A stretch of 63,915 bases of DNA, counting the filler. It is 9 parts of 9 records of this genome, joined end to end, with 100 filler letters (N's around TTAATTAATTAA, not from the genome) between each part and the next. Parts side by side here need not be neighbours in the genome. Positions count along the whole stretch, not along the records: positions 16,181 to 21,802 come from SRR31156797_68095; positions 21,903 to 28,933 come from SRR31156797_68117; positions 29,034 to 34,872 come from SRR31156797_68126; 6 more parts are not named here. The stretch is one strand, 5' to 3'. Shown piece after piece: positions 18,497 to 29,740 of this stretch. Position 1 is the first letter of the stretch; every line of letters begins with the position of its first letter. The position numbers and the translations under genes were made by a program. The notes below the pieces were generated by a model that worked only from the letters and a program-made list of their open reading frames with translations, had not been told where the DNA came from and searched no databases.

Positions 18497-19339
18497 ATGA
18501 CAAATTTCAATCACTATACGATAGCTGCTCTTCCGGATCTTAAATGGGATAGCGAGCTGCCGGGAACTGTTTTTGATTTTCTTGAAGATTTTAAAGTTCA
18601 GCTTGAACCCCTAAGAGACGGCATCAGTGATATTCTTCTGTTAAATGATGTGAAGAACATTGAGCTGATCATTAAATCGAGACTCGATATTTCCAGTAAA
18701 TTTGCGGGTAATAGAGATGAGGGAAAAATCGATTTTTATAATGCAAGGGTGGTGGATCCGGATGATCTTGAACTTTTTCTTGAAGATCCATTTGTGAACA
18801 GACCGCATGACAATTATCCTGATTTCATGGTTGATTACTTTCTCAACAACAAGTCAGATGAAGATCGTTACAAGAACATTGAAGCTCTTTATATTGACTA
18901 CTTTAGATATATGCAGACAAGAGAGAACGGGTTCTTAAGATACTACGGAAGAATTGCTGCGACTATCAGAACGGTAATGGCTGCCAAGAGACTGATGAGA
19001 AGAGGTCTGGAGCTTGAAGGAAACCTTAAAGGTGACCATTTTATCGTTAGCACAATTCTTGAAAATAAGAATAGTTCAGATCTTGGTCTTAAACATATCT
19101 TTCCAGAAGTTGCTGAAGTTATAGCTCTTTTTGATAGGGCAAGAGACCCTCTGGAAGCTGAGCGCGATCTTGACAGGATCAGGTTCGAGCTTATGGAGCA
19201 GGTTGGTAGAGAGTCTCCATTTGCAAACCATATCATCTATTCCTACATAATCGGTTTTCAGGTCAGGAACAGATGGAACACTCTTAACGATGAAAAGGGA
19301 AAAGAGATCTTAGAGAATATCATAGAAGGAAATTACTGA
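18497..19339 (+). CDS. V/A-type ATPase subunit C-like (DUF2764)
   Basis: IAALPDL N-terminus, RW..L..EKG C-terminus; lies between E and A. Confidence 0.7.
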   Translation: MTNFNHYTIAALPDLKWDSELPGTVFDFLEDFKVQLEPLRDGISDILLLNDVKNIELIIKSRLDISSKFAGNRDEGKIDFYNARVVDPDDLELFLEDPFVNRPHDNYPDFMVDYFLNNKSDEDRYKNIEALYIDYFRYMQTRENGFLRYYGRIAATIRTVMAAKRLMRRGLELEGNLKGDHFIVSTILENKNSSDLGLKHIFPEVAEVIALFDRARDPLEAERDLDRIRFELMEQVGRESPFANHIIYSYIIGFQVRNRWNTLNDEKGKEILENIIEGNY

Positions 19340-19353
19340 AGGAGATAAAGATA

Positions 19354-21111
19354 ATGGCTGCTATTGAAAAAGCAAAAGGCAAGGTCGTTGCTGCGCAGGG
19401 CAACCTTTTAACAGTTAAGTTCGAAGGAGTTGTCAGACAGAATGAAGTTGTTTTCGTGAAAAGTGAAGGCAAATCGCTTAAAGGCGAGGTCATTGAGGTA
19501 AATGGAACTGATGCAAAAGTTCAGGTCTTTGAGCCGACAAGAGGAATCCGGTTTGGTGACGAGGTCGAATTTGATTCAGACCTTCTTACTGTTGAACTTG
19601 GTCCCGGACTTTTAAAGAGAGTTTTTGACGGTCTTCAGAATCCGCTTGAGGATATCGCAGAACAGGCTGGATACTTTCTTCCAAGAGGTGTCTACCTTGA
19701 TCCTATCCCAAGAGATGCTGACTGGCATTGGAATCCACTTGCTAAGGTTGGAGATGTTGTTGAAAGAGCAATGTTCCTTGGTTGGGTTCCGGAAGAGAAT
19801 GTTGAACATAAGATCATGGTTCCTTTTAACTTTCATGGCAAAGGAACTGTGAAGGAAGTAGCTCCTGAAGGTGATTACAAGGTAGATCATGAGATCGCAA
19901 AGATAGAAGACGAGTCAGGAAACATTCACTCTGTGACAATGATCCAGAGGTGGCCTGCAAAGTTCGCACTCCGTTTTGGTGAAAGAAAACTTCCCGTTGA
20001 ACAGCTTGTTACCGCAATGAGAACGATTGACGGGCCTTTTCCTGTTGCAAAGGGTGGAACTTTTTGTACTCCCGGACCTTTTGGCGCCGGTAAAACAGTT
20101 CTTCAGCACCAGGTCTCAAAGTTTGCTAAAACTCAGGTAGTTATAATCGTTGCATGCGGAGAGCGTGCTGGTGAGGTTGTTGAGATCCTGAAGGAATTCC
20201 CTCATCTTGATGATCCTCAGACAGGAAAAAAACTTATGGATAGAACCTGTATCATCTGCAACACATCTTCAATGCCGGTTGCGGCTAGAGAAAGTTCAGT
20301 TTATATGGGTGTTACTATTGCTGAATATTACAGACAGATGGGCGTTGACTGTCTTTTACTTGCTGACTCAACTTCAAGATGGGCTCAGGCTCTTCGTGAA
20401 ATGTCGGGAAGACTTGAAGAGATCCCTGGCGAAGAAGCATTTCCTGCTTACCTTGCTTCAAGGATCGCTGAGCTTTATGAAAGAGCTGGTGTTCTTGAAC
20501 TTCATAATGGAAAAGAAGGATCACTTACGATCGGTGGTTCAGTAAGTCCGGCTGGAGGTAACTTTGAGGAGCCTGTAACGCTTTCAACTCTTTCTGTTGT
20601 CGGTTGTTTTCTTGGTTTGAGCAGACATAGAAGTGATGCAAGAAGATACCCTGCGATCGATCCACTCATCAGTTGGTCAAAATACAGCGACCGTTTTGCT
20701 GAGCATGGCGATGACGCTGTTAAGCACAGAATTGAAATTATTAAAAAAGCGCAGGACATCATTTTTCATAGTGATGAGATCGGAAAGAAGATGAGCGTTG
20801 TAGGTGAAGAGGGAACAAGCCTGGACGATATGGTAACATACCTTAAAGGTGAGTTCTATGATGCTGTTTTCCTTCAACAGAATGCTTTTGACTCAGTTGA
20901 TACCGCAACAGATCTTACAAGACAGAATGAACAGCTTGAAGTAGTTGACAGTGTTATTGGAAAGGATTTTAAATTTGACGACCATGATAAAGCAAGAGAG
21001 TTCTTTCTTGAGCTTACTGATAAGGTCATTCAGCTAAATTACCTTTCAAAAGACGTGTCGATATATGAAGAAAAGAAAAATGAAATAGTCAATATGATAG
21101 AGGGCTTGTGA
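19354..21111 (+). CDS. atpA: V/A-type ATP synthase subunit A
   Basis: GPFGAGKT, CGERAGE, NTSSMPVAARE, DSTSRWAQA, PGEEAFPAYL. Confidence 0.96.
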   Translation: MAAIEKAKGKVVAAQGNLLTVKFEGVVRQNEVVFVKSEGKSLKGEVIEVNGTDAKVQVFEPTRGIRFGDEVEFDSDLLTVELGPGLLKRVFDGLQNPLEDIAEQAGYFLPRGVYLDPIPRDADWHWNPLAKVGDVVERAMFLGWVPEENVEHKIMVPFNFHGKGTVKEVAPEGDYKVDHEIAKIEDESGNIHSVTMIQRWPAKFALRFGERKLPVEQLVTAMRTIDGPFPVAKGGTFCTPGPFGAGKTVLQHQVSKFAKTQVVIIVACGERAGEVVEILKEFPHLDDPQTGKKLMDRTCIICNTSSMPVAARESSVYMGVTIAEYYRQMGVDCLLLADSTSRWAQALREMSGRLEEIPGEEAFPAYLASRIAELYERAGVLELHNGKEGSLTIGGSVSPAGGNFEEPVTLSTLSVVGCFLGLSRHRSDARRYPAIDPLISWSKYSDRFAEHGDDAVKHRIEIIKKAQDIIFHSDEIGKKMSVVGEEGTSLDDMVTYLKGEFYDAVFLQQNAFDSVDTATDLTRQNEQLEVVDSVIGKDFKFDDHDKAREFFLELTDKVIQLNYLSKDVSIYEEKKNEIVNMIEGL

Positions 21112-21112
21112 T

Positions 21113-21802
21113 ATGGTCAGAACATATAACCGCATAGAAAGAATCAAAGGAAGTATTGCTCAGGTCAAGGCTGAAGGAGTAATGCTCGGTGAGCTCGCTC
21201 AGATCAAGATGCGTGATGGAAGGCAAACTCTGGGTGAAGTTATCAGTTTTAACGATGACAGTGTTAATCTTCAGGTCTACAGCGGAACAAAAGGTGTTTC
21301 AACTGGTGATCAGATAAGATTTCTTGGAAAGTCCATGCAGGTTGGCTGTGGGAATTCCATGCTTGGCAGAGTTTTTAACGGTAGTGGTGAACCGATCGAT
21401 AATGGTCCTGAACTTATGGAAGAAAAAGTTGAGGTCGGTGGACCTTCTTTCAATCCTACAAGACGTATTATTCCAAAACGTTTTGTTAAGACCAATATCC
21501 CAATGATCGATATGTTCAATTCACTTGTTATCAGTCAGAAAATTCCGATCTTCTCAATTCCGGGAGAGCCTTATAATGAGCTCCTTGCAAGAATTGCCAG
21601 TCAGACCGATGCAGATGTTATCGTTCTTGGTGGAATGGGACTTAAATTTGACGATTATCAGTATTTTAAAGAGTATTTCTCAAAGTCAGGAGCCATGGAA
21701 AAGACTTCAATGTTCATCCATCTCGCATCTGACCCTGTTGTTGAGTGTGTTCTTGTTCCTGATATGGCACTGGCCGCTGCTGAAAAGTTCGCAACACAGG
21801 AT
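21113..21802 (+). CDS. atpB: V/A-type ATP synthase subunit B (3'-truncated)
   Basis: LGRVFNGSGEPID, SQKIPIFS.PGEPYN. Confidence 0.93.
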
Positions 21803-21902
21803 NNNNNNNNNNNNNNNNNNNNNNNNNNNNNNNNNNNNNNNNNNNNTTAATTAATTAANNNNNNNNNNNNNNNNNNNNNNNNNNNNNNNNNNNNNNNNNN
21901 NN
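21803..21902. other. Artificial contig spacer
   Basis: N-run + TTAATTAATTAA + N-run. Confidence 0.98.
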
Positions 21903-24900
21903 TGTCGTCTCGAAATTCTCTATTACCTCCCCCTTTTCAATAATAGCGGCAGCCTTGGCAGCAATTTCTTCACGATAACTTTCATCCGGATACGCCCATT
22001 CCCAAATCTCATTATGGCCGATCACTTCGTCGCGCGAGTATCCGCTTATCTCTTCGGCGGCCTTGTTCCATATTATTACGTTACCTTCATGATCAAGCAC
22101 GTTCAGCCAGACATTGGCATTATCGATAACCATCTCGAGATATTGTTTTGCCTGATTGTATTCGATATTACTTTCCCGAAGCGCCTCCTCGGCCCGCCTG
22201 CGCTCCTCTGCCAGGTTCTTAATGGTAAGCTGGGTTTTTATTCTTGCCAGGAGTTCTTCCTTGGTGAAAGGTTTGGCCAGATAATCATTGGCGCCCGCCT
22301 CAAAACCGGCAACCATGTCGTCAATCTGATTCTTGGCCGTCAACATCAACACAGGCAGCTTGTCATGGGGATATTTTCTTCTAATGATCTCACAAACCTC
22401 ATAGCCGGACATTTTAGGCATCATTACATCCAGCAAAACCAGGTCAAACGGTTTGTCGGCTTTAACCGCCTTTTCGATTTTATCAAGTGCTGTTTCTCCA
22501 TCAACAGCTTGTGATATTAAATAATTCTCCAAGGTGAGTTGGTTAACCAAAACCTGGAGATTTACCAGGTCGTCATCCACAACCAATAAATTGTATGATT
22601 CGCCCGAAGAGGCCCGCACATGAACGCGCGCTTCGGCAAGGTCGCCTTCTTGATCGACTTCAATCCGCGTATCCGCCAATTTGGATATCCGGGTCTGCGT
22701 ACTGCTGTAATCCCGGGGCTGTGAAGCTTCCAGTTCCTTTGAAGCAATTGGCAGGCTAAACCAGAAATGAGATCCTTTGCCTTCTTCCGATTCAACTCCA
22801 ATCACGCCATTATGCAAATCAACCAACTTTTTACTGATAGCCAGGCCCAGGCCGGTTCCGCCAAATGTTCTCTTAACACTGCCGTCCACTTGTTCAAACG
22901 GATCAAAAATCTTATCAAAACGGTCGGCGGGGATGCCAATGCCGGTATCGGCGATATGGATTACCAGGAAATCCTTGTCCTGGCTGCTTGAGACTGTAAT
23001 CGTTCCTTTTTCGGTGAACTTAATCGCATTGCCTACCAGATTGTATAGAATTTGCTGAACAACATCCTCATCGGCATAAACGTAAGGCGCCTCGGTGGGT
23101 ATACCGTTGATAATTTTGAGTTCCTTGTCGCGAGCCAGGGATTTGGAAATCTCCATCACTATATCAGCCATGATCTTTATATCGAGCGGGCGTAACCGCA
23201 ACTGCTGTTCACTTTTGCTCAACCTGGAAAAATCAAGGATGTCGTTTACCATGTTGATCATTCTAATGCCGCTGGACACGATCATTTTCAGATTATATTC
23301 AACTTTTTGAGGCAAAACGCCGGCAATCCCGTCCAGAAGCGATTCGCTCAATCCAATGATGCCGTGAAGCGGCGTCCGCAGTTCATGCGAAGTATTGGCC
23401 AGTATCTCGTCTTTTAGTTTGTTTATTCTCCGTAAGCCTTCCGCCGTCTTTTTTTCCTGGTCCAGCCTCATCTGCTGGTATCGCAGGAATGCGAACAGAA
23501 CGGCCGTAAACGCTGCCAGATACAGGCAATAAGCCCACCAGGTTTTCCAGGGCGGCGGCGCCACAGTGACTTTCAACGAGACGCCGCTTTCGTTCCAAAC
23601 CCCGTCGTTATTGGAGCCTTTGATTTTAAGATAATACGTCCCTCCGGTAAGATTGGTATATTTACCGAACCTGCGGGTCCCGGCCCTGTACCAGTTATCA
23701 TCAACTCCTTGCAGGATATACATATATTGATTTTTTTCAGGTTTGGTGAATTCAAGGGCCGCTGCCTCGAATTCAAAAAAATTGGTTCTCCAGTCCAGTT
23801 TAATTTCTTTCAGCCTTGGAGGCGTTTTTCCAAAAAAAACTTCTTCCCCGCCTTGTTTTACGGAGGTCAGTACAATATTTGGGATATGAGGATTGTCTTT
23901 AATTTTATCAGGATAAAACCTGTTTAATCCCTTAAAGCCGCCAAACCACATCTCGCCGTCTTTGGTTTGAACGTCTGAAAAATAGTAGAAAGCATTTCCC
24001 TGGAGACCGTCGGATTCCGTATACAGCTTGTAGGTTTCCTTTTCAGGATTAAACTTTACGATGCCTCCGCCGGTGCTCAACCAAATGGCGCCTTTGTTAT
24101 CTTCGAGGATGCCGACGACATTATTATCGGGAAGCCCCTGTTTGGCTGTGTAGTGGGTGAATGTTTCCGTTTTTCTGTCGAACTTGTCCAATCCGCCGGT
24201 TGTTCCCAGCCACAAATAGCCGGAACTGTCCTCATGAATAGTAGACACCGAATTTTCAATCAAACTGTTCGGATTTCCGGGAATATGCCGATACCGAATC
24301 ACGCTTTCAGATTCCGGGTCGAATCTGTCCAACCCGTAATTTCCTCCCAACCAGAGGATACCCTCATTATCCTGATAAATAGTAATGTAACTCCCGGCAA
24401 GTTTGGTCGGGTCGTCCGGTTTACCTGTATAATGAGCGAATATTTCTCTTTTGGTATCGAATTTCTCAAGCCCGCCGAATGCGATTGCCAACCAGAGGAT
24501 ATCGGGATTAAATCTGTCCGGAAAAATATCCAACAAAAATCGGTTGGGGCTGATGCTATTTGGATTATCCGGGTTATGCCGGTAATGCTTGATAAATTCA
24601 TTGGCATCCCGATCAAAGACGCTTAATACTCCTTTGGAGGCATCCGAGGAAGCAACCCAAAAAGTCCCGTTTTCATCTTCGGCCATGGCGAAAACGCCAA
24701 GAGACGGTAAACTCTTTGGATTTTTTGGATCCGGCTTGAATGATATAAAATTATCTTTTTCCCTGATAAATTTGTTCAATCCACCGCTTCCGGTGCCGAC
24801 CCAGACCGTACCTTTTTTATCCGCGTAAACCGGCAAGACGACATTACTGCTTAAACTGCCGGGTTGTTTGGGATCGTGTCTGTACAAGTAAAAGCCCTTG

Positions 24901-25943
24901 TTTTTTCTATCGTGCTTTAATACCGCCCCGGGCCTGCTGAATACCCACAGGATATTTGAACGATCGATATATACCTGCTGGATGGTTTTGGTCAGGAGTA
25001 CGTTTGGATCGTCAGGATTATTAAAAAATCGGCTGAACATACCGGTATTCTTATTGAATTTGTTTAACCCGCCATGAATTGTCCCTACCCAAAGATAATC
25101 CGGCGTATCCTTGCAAATGGCCATAACATTATTATTGCTGAGGCTGGATGGATCATTCTTGTCATATTGATAGCGAGTAAACTTCTCCGTCTTTTTATCA
25201 AATTTGTTCAGTCCGGTTGAGCCTGTTCCAACCCAAAGGGTTTCGTTTTCATCCTCCATAATTATAGTTACGCGGTTTCCACTCAGGCTGAATGGATCTT
25301 CCGGCTCATGCCTGTAATGGGTGAACGTCTCGGTTTCACTTTCGAATTTGATCAGGCCCCCGCCTTCGGAGCCGATCCAGAGCGTTCCGGATGAGTCTTG
25401 TATAACGCAGGTTACTAATCCCTTGGGGGGACTGTTCGGGTTATCAGGATCGGGTTTATAATGAACAAAGGCATCCGTCTTTGGATCTAATCTGCTAAGC
25501 ACGCCGTTTTCCGTACCAATCCAGATAAATCCGGCCTTGTCCGCCAGTAAGGCGAATCCTCCGGCGCCTTTTAAGCTGTTCTCATCTTTCGGGTCATATT
25601 TATAATGGCTGAACTTGCCTGAATTCTTGTCATACTTATTTAAGCCTTGCGTGTTTGTAAGCAACCATAAGGAATCCTCGGTATTGCATATGGCCCTGAT
25701 AAAATCTTCCGACAGGGAATCCTCGCCTTTTTTCCAGGTTTTTACTTCCACCCCATCGTATCTCATTAGCCCATGGCTTGTGGCAAGCCAGAAAAAGCCT
25801 TCTTTATCCTGGACAACACCGCTGATCTGAACACCCAAGTTTAATACCATCTCAAATTTAAATTCGTTGCTGAAGACGGAATCCGGCAATAGTAAAACGA
25901 GACAAATAGTTAATCTTAAAAGTATTATTTTTATATTTCTCAT
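21903..25943 (-). CDS. Hybrid sensor histidine kinase: beta-propeller + Y_Y_Y + TM + HisKA/HATPase + REC + PAS (3'-truncated)
   Basis: Repeated WxGT..GGL propeller blades, PPPWKTWWAY, SHELRTPL, NLVGNAIKFT, GTGLGLAI, LLDVMMP, PAS start. Confidence 0.93.
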
Positions 25944-26410
25944 TATTAACCGATACAATATGGGTTGTTTTGAGTGGGGCCGATCAACATCATCCCCGTA
26001 TATTACCATCAATAAAAGCACAATAAATCTTTATAAAAATATAAAGTAACCAAGACCCAAAAACCAGCGAACAATAAATTATATAAGAAATCAAAAATGA
26101 TAGGATAAACGGCGCCTAAAATATGATTTCATTACAAAGTGCAATTGGCGGCCGAATCTTTTTATTTGAAAACCGGTCTGAAATGCGGCAATATCAAATT
26201 TGTTTCAACAAATATCAACCATTTTAACGATTTGATCTTCGATATCCAGGTATGACCTAAATACGGCAATGGGGGACCGTGGCCGCAGGAAAGATGAAAT
26301 TGATTATAAGGTCGGTCTGAAAGCCTGATAGAAACTATGTCTCGTTAACCGATTCGGTTCAACAAATTCGGAGTCATTTTAAAAATGCCATACAACCGGG
26401 AGGAAGAACT

Positions 26411-28018
26411 GTGAATGGAGAAATTGCATTTGTTAACGGCAAAATAAACACTTTTGACGATGCAGGAACAACATGCACGGCTGTTGCCGCAAACAACGGA
26501 ATCATTTCAGCGCTAGGAACCGATGCTGAAATAAAAGCTCAAATAAGCGGGAAAGCGGAAATAGTCGACCTCAAAGGTGCGGTCATGTTCCCCGGCTTCA
26601 TGGAAGTTCATAACCACCTGCCCATGTACGGGTACCTCACCGAAGGAATAAATCTTGCTCCTCCCGCCGCCGTCAAAATAGACGACGTATTGGAGCTTGT
26701 CAAAAAGCAAGTCGACTCAACCCCTGCCGGGACATGGATCAAGGCTTCCCGTTATGCCGAATACTATTTAGCCGAAAACAGGCATCCGACCAGGCGAGAC
26801 CTCGACCAGGTAAGTCCCGAACATCCGGTCATCATTTTTCATATTTCTCTTCATGCCTGTGTTCTGAACAGCCTTGCGCTTAAGCAAATGGGCATAACAA
26901 AAGAAACGCCCACCCCGCAAGGCGGCATAATAGAGAAGGAACCCGACACGGGCGAGCCGTCCGGAGTGTTGCACGATCAGGCCATGATGGATGTATTCAA
27001 CAAGATGTTTTTCAACGACATAAGCGCCATGTCGCAGGAAAAACGAATAGAGTTCTGCCGTCAAACCTGTGAAGAGTTCGCCAAACACGGACTAGTATTC
27101 GCGGCTGACGCGCTCACCGTCCCCCAAACATTGAGCATGTACCAGGATGCGTTGGCCGCGGACAAGCTCAAGATAAGAATATACACCATGAACTACGCTC
27201 TTTTTGCTGATACGTTGATGGGCGCCATGATCAAAACCGGCTTTGGGAGCCCAATGCTTAGAATCGGTCCCATTAAGATATTCGCCGACGGCGGCATGTC
27301 AAATCGCACGGCCGCGGTCAGCGAACCTTTCCTAACGCCGCCTTATGGCACAGGCCTTAAAATCCAAAGCCGGGAGGAACTGATAGAAAAAGTAAAATGG
27401 TATCATACCCTGGGCAACCAGATTGCCATACACGCTCAGGGGGATGCTGGAATTAGCGACACGCTGGATGCCTATGAAGCTGTTTTGGGCGCCCAATCCG
27501 ACAACCCGCTTCGCCACAGAATAGAGCACGGCGGATGTTTATACCCCGACCTTCTAAAACGGGCGGCCGCAATGAATATCCACGTATCGATCCAACCGAC
27601 TTTTCTCGGTGAACTGGGAGACGGCTTTATTGAAGCATTTGGACCGGAAAAAGCAGACCTGCTCTATCCTTTCAAAAGCATGCTGGATATTGGAATGCAC
27701 ATAGGCGGCAGCTCCGACAGCCCCGTGGCCCTCCTCGATCCGAGATTGGGGCTCCGGGACGCAGTTACAAGAAAATCTTCTTCCGGCCAGGTCCTTGGTC
27801 CAAATCAGGCCCTGACCATGGACCAGGCCCTGAGGGTCTATACGCGCGAGGCCGCGTATCTTTCCTTTGACGAAAACAACTGCGGGGTTATCGAACCGGG
27901 CAAAAGAGCGGATTTCACCGTCATGGCCGCGGATCCCAGGGAAGTCCCGCCCGAGGAAGTCCCTGACATTCCCTTTTCCATGACAGTGGTCGGAGGAGAA
28001 ATAGTCTGGTCGGCTTGA
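26411..28018 (+). CDS. Amidohydrolase 3 family (YtcJ-like)
   Basis: PGFMEVHNH, KIFADG, IHAQGD, HRIEH, SSDSP; GGGAGG RBS. Confidence 0.9.
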   Translation: MNGEIAFVNGKINTFDDAGTTCTAVAANNGIISALGTDAEIKAQISGKAEIVDLKGAVMFPGFMEVHNHLPMYGYLTEGINLAPPAAVKIDDVLELVKKQVDSTPAGTWIKASRYAEYYLAENRHPTRRDLDQVSPEHPVIIFHISLHACVLNSLALKQMGITKETPTPQGGIIEKEPDTGEPSGVLHDQAMMDVFNKMFFNDISAMSQEKRIEFCRQTCEEFAKHGLVFAADALTVPQTLSMYQDALAADKLKIRIYTMNYALFADTLMGAMIKTGFGSPMLRIGPIKIFADGGMSNRTAAVSEPFLTPPYGTGLKIQSREELIEKVKWYHTLGNQIAIHAQGDAGISDTLDAYEAVLGAQSDNPLRHRIEHGGCLYPDLLKRAAAMNIHVSIQPTFLGELGDGFIEAFGPEKADLLYPFKSMLDIGMHIGGSSDSPVALLDPRLGLRDAVTRKSSSGQVLGPNQALTMDQALRVYTREAAYLSFDENNCGVIEPGKRADFTVMAADPREVPPEEVPDIPFSMTVVGGEIVWSA

Positions 28019-28062
28019 GAAAAGAGCCGCCTTTAAGGAATAATCAATCCAACCCGATTAAG

Positions 28063-28092
28063 GCCCGCCCTCACTGGGCGGGCGTTTTTTTT
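28063..28092 (+). terminator. Rho-independent terminator
   Basis: GCCCGCCC-TCACT-GGGCGGGC followed by G and T8. Confidence 0.8.
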
Positions 28093-28933
28093 ACCTGACC
28101 CACAACTCCACGTCTTTGAGCAGCTTATCGGGCATGCTGATCGCGACCATATGTCCAGCCTCCCTATAGCGAGGAAAAAAAATGGTTCGCGTCGCAGGCG
28201 TGGCAACGCCGGGAAGAGATCCCGGTACGTAATGAATAGTAAATGAAGAGTCGCATTCCGGGCATAGCCTGTGGATAGTGACATTCTGAACAATACCGGC
28301 ATATTTTTCAAATGAATAAGGTATTACCTGGGAATAAACCGACAGGTCATAGGGAGCATCGGTGATCATAACCTCCACAAAAGGCAAATTCTGCAAAAAC
28401 AACTCTCCATACCGCGGCGACTCGGGATTGATATTGTAACCGGCGTCCGTAGCCTGGTTTTTGTAAAAACCGGCTAACACGGAAAAATTCATGACGCTTT
28501 TAAAATAGGTGTCGTAAGCCGGCAAGACGCCGAAAACATCCACGAGCAATACATGCGGGAAAGTTCCTTCCCCGGGTGATGTCAATCCGGCGTCCTCTTC
28601 CACATCCGCCAGCATTTCATCCTTGTTTTCCAAAAACAGGACAAGCGGCGTTCTTAATTGCGGCGATATAAGGTCATATTCAGCCCAACTCTCAAAAGAG
28701 CCGGTTTCCATTTGCTTGAAGCCGTAACAATAAGCCCCCACACGGTTTTTAGCGTAAAAGGGCTGAATGGTCCAAATTTTATACTGAAGCAACTTGGAGG
28801 CCCGATCCGCATGTTCGAGTTGCCAATCCGCCTTTAATCCGAGAATCCATGACCAGGGGAAAATTTCATCGTATTTGTACATATCCCGAAGGGCCGTCTT
28901 GGTCACAAACCTCAGTGCATTGTCCTGGGGCGT
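28091..28933 (-). CDS. Hypothetical protein (5'-truncated)
   Basis: Open frame of more than 270 aa reaching the contig edge; no family recognised. Confidence 0.6.
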   Translation of the reverse strand, partial: TPQDNALRFVTKTALRDMYKYDEIFPWSWILGLKADWQLEHADRASKLLQYKIWTIQPFYAKNRVGAYCYGFKQMETGSFESWAEYDLISPQLRTPLVLFLENKDEMLADVEEDAGLTSPGEGTFPHVLLVDVFGVLPAYDTYFKSVMNFSVLAGFYKNQATDAGYNINPESPRYGELFLQNLPFVEVMITDAPYDLSVYSQVIPYSFEKYAGIVQNVTIHRLCPECDSSFTIHYVPGSLPGVATPATRTIFFPRYREAGHMVAISMPDKLLKDVELWVR

Positions 28934-29033
28934 NNNNNNNNNNNNNNNNNNNNNNNNNNNNNNNNNNNNNNNNNNNNTTAATTAATTAANNNNNNNNNNN
29001 NNNNNNNNNNNNNNNNNNNNNNNNNNNNNNNNN
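28934..29033. other. Artificial contig spacer
   Basis: N-run + TTAATTAATTAA + N-run. Confidence 0.98.
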
Positions 29034-29035
29034 CG

Positions 29036-29740
29036 GATCCGGACCAGCTCAGTTTGAGCGTTCTCTCCTTTCTCAAGAGACCGGGAGGCGAGCCACTGCC
29101 CAAAGTTGTCATCCATAAGGGCCGGTGTGCTCGCTGTTTGACCTGCCACCGGCTTTGTCCTCACAGCGCGATCGATATTGGAACACGCATCACTGTTGAC
29201 GGCCTGGCGTGCCAACGTTGCGGCATCTGTACAGCCGGTTGTCCGGGGCAGGCAATTGAAATGGAGGGGATGCAGTTGGGCCCGGAAGACTTCAAACGTT
29301 TGTTTCCCCTTTCGGCGGCCGTCTCAACAAAAGAGCCAAAGATCATTGTTTTCGGCTGTTCGCGGTCAGCCGGTCGGTCGGTTGATTTGATTCGGATGTC
29401 GGGTGAAAGGCTGCCCGAAGGCGTTCAATTCATTGAAGTCCCCTGCGCTGGGACCATTTCCGGAATCCATCTGCTCAACGCTTTCGAAACCGGTGCGGAA
29501 GGTGTCCTGGTGTGCACCTGCCATACGGGAAATTGTCAATCGGAAGTGGGCAACCAGGCCGCCAAAAAGCGCGCCGAATCCATAAAGCTTGTGCTGGAAT
29601 CCGGCGGAATGGGTGCTCAAAGGCTTCAGGTTACTTCGGTGGCGGCCAATATGGGGCATGAGCTTGCCTATCGAATCGAAATCTTCAAAAATGACATCCA
29701 ACGGATGAACAACCCATCGAAGGAAAACCAAAATGGCTGA
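29036..29740 (+). CDS. Ferredoxin + MvhD/FlpD domain protein, probably the C-terminus of an HdrA-MvhD fusion (5'-truncated)
   Basis: CARCLTCHRLCP, CQRCGICTAGCP, then FGC, VPCAG, CHTGNC MvhD cysteines; frame open to the contig edge. Confidence 0.82.
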   Translation, partial: DPDQLSLSVLSFLKRPGGEPLPKVVIHKGRCARCLTCHRLCPHSAIDIGTRITVDGLACQRCGICTAGCPGQAIEMEGMQLGPEDFKRLFPLSAAVSTKEPKIIVFGCSRSAGRSVDLIRMSGERLPEGVQFIEVPCAGTISGIHLLNAFETGAEGVLVCTCHTGNCQSEVGNQAAKKRAESIKLVLESGGMGAQRLQVTSVAANMGHELAYRIEIFKNDIQRMNNPSKENQNG

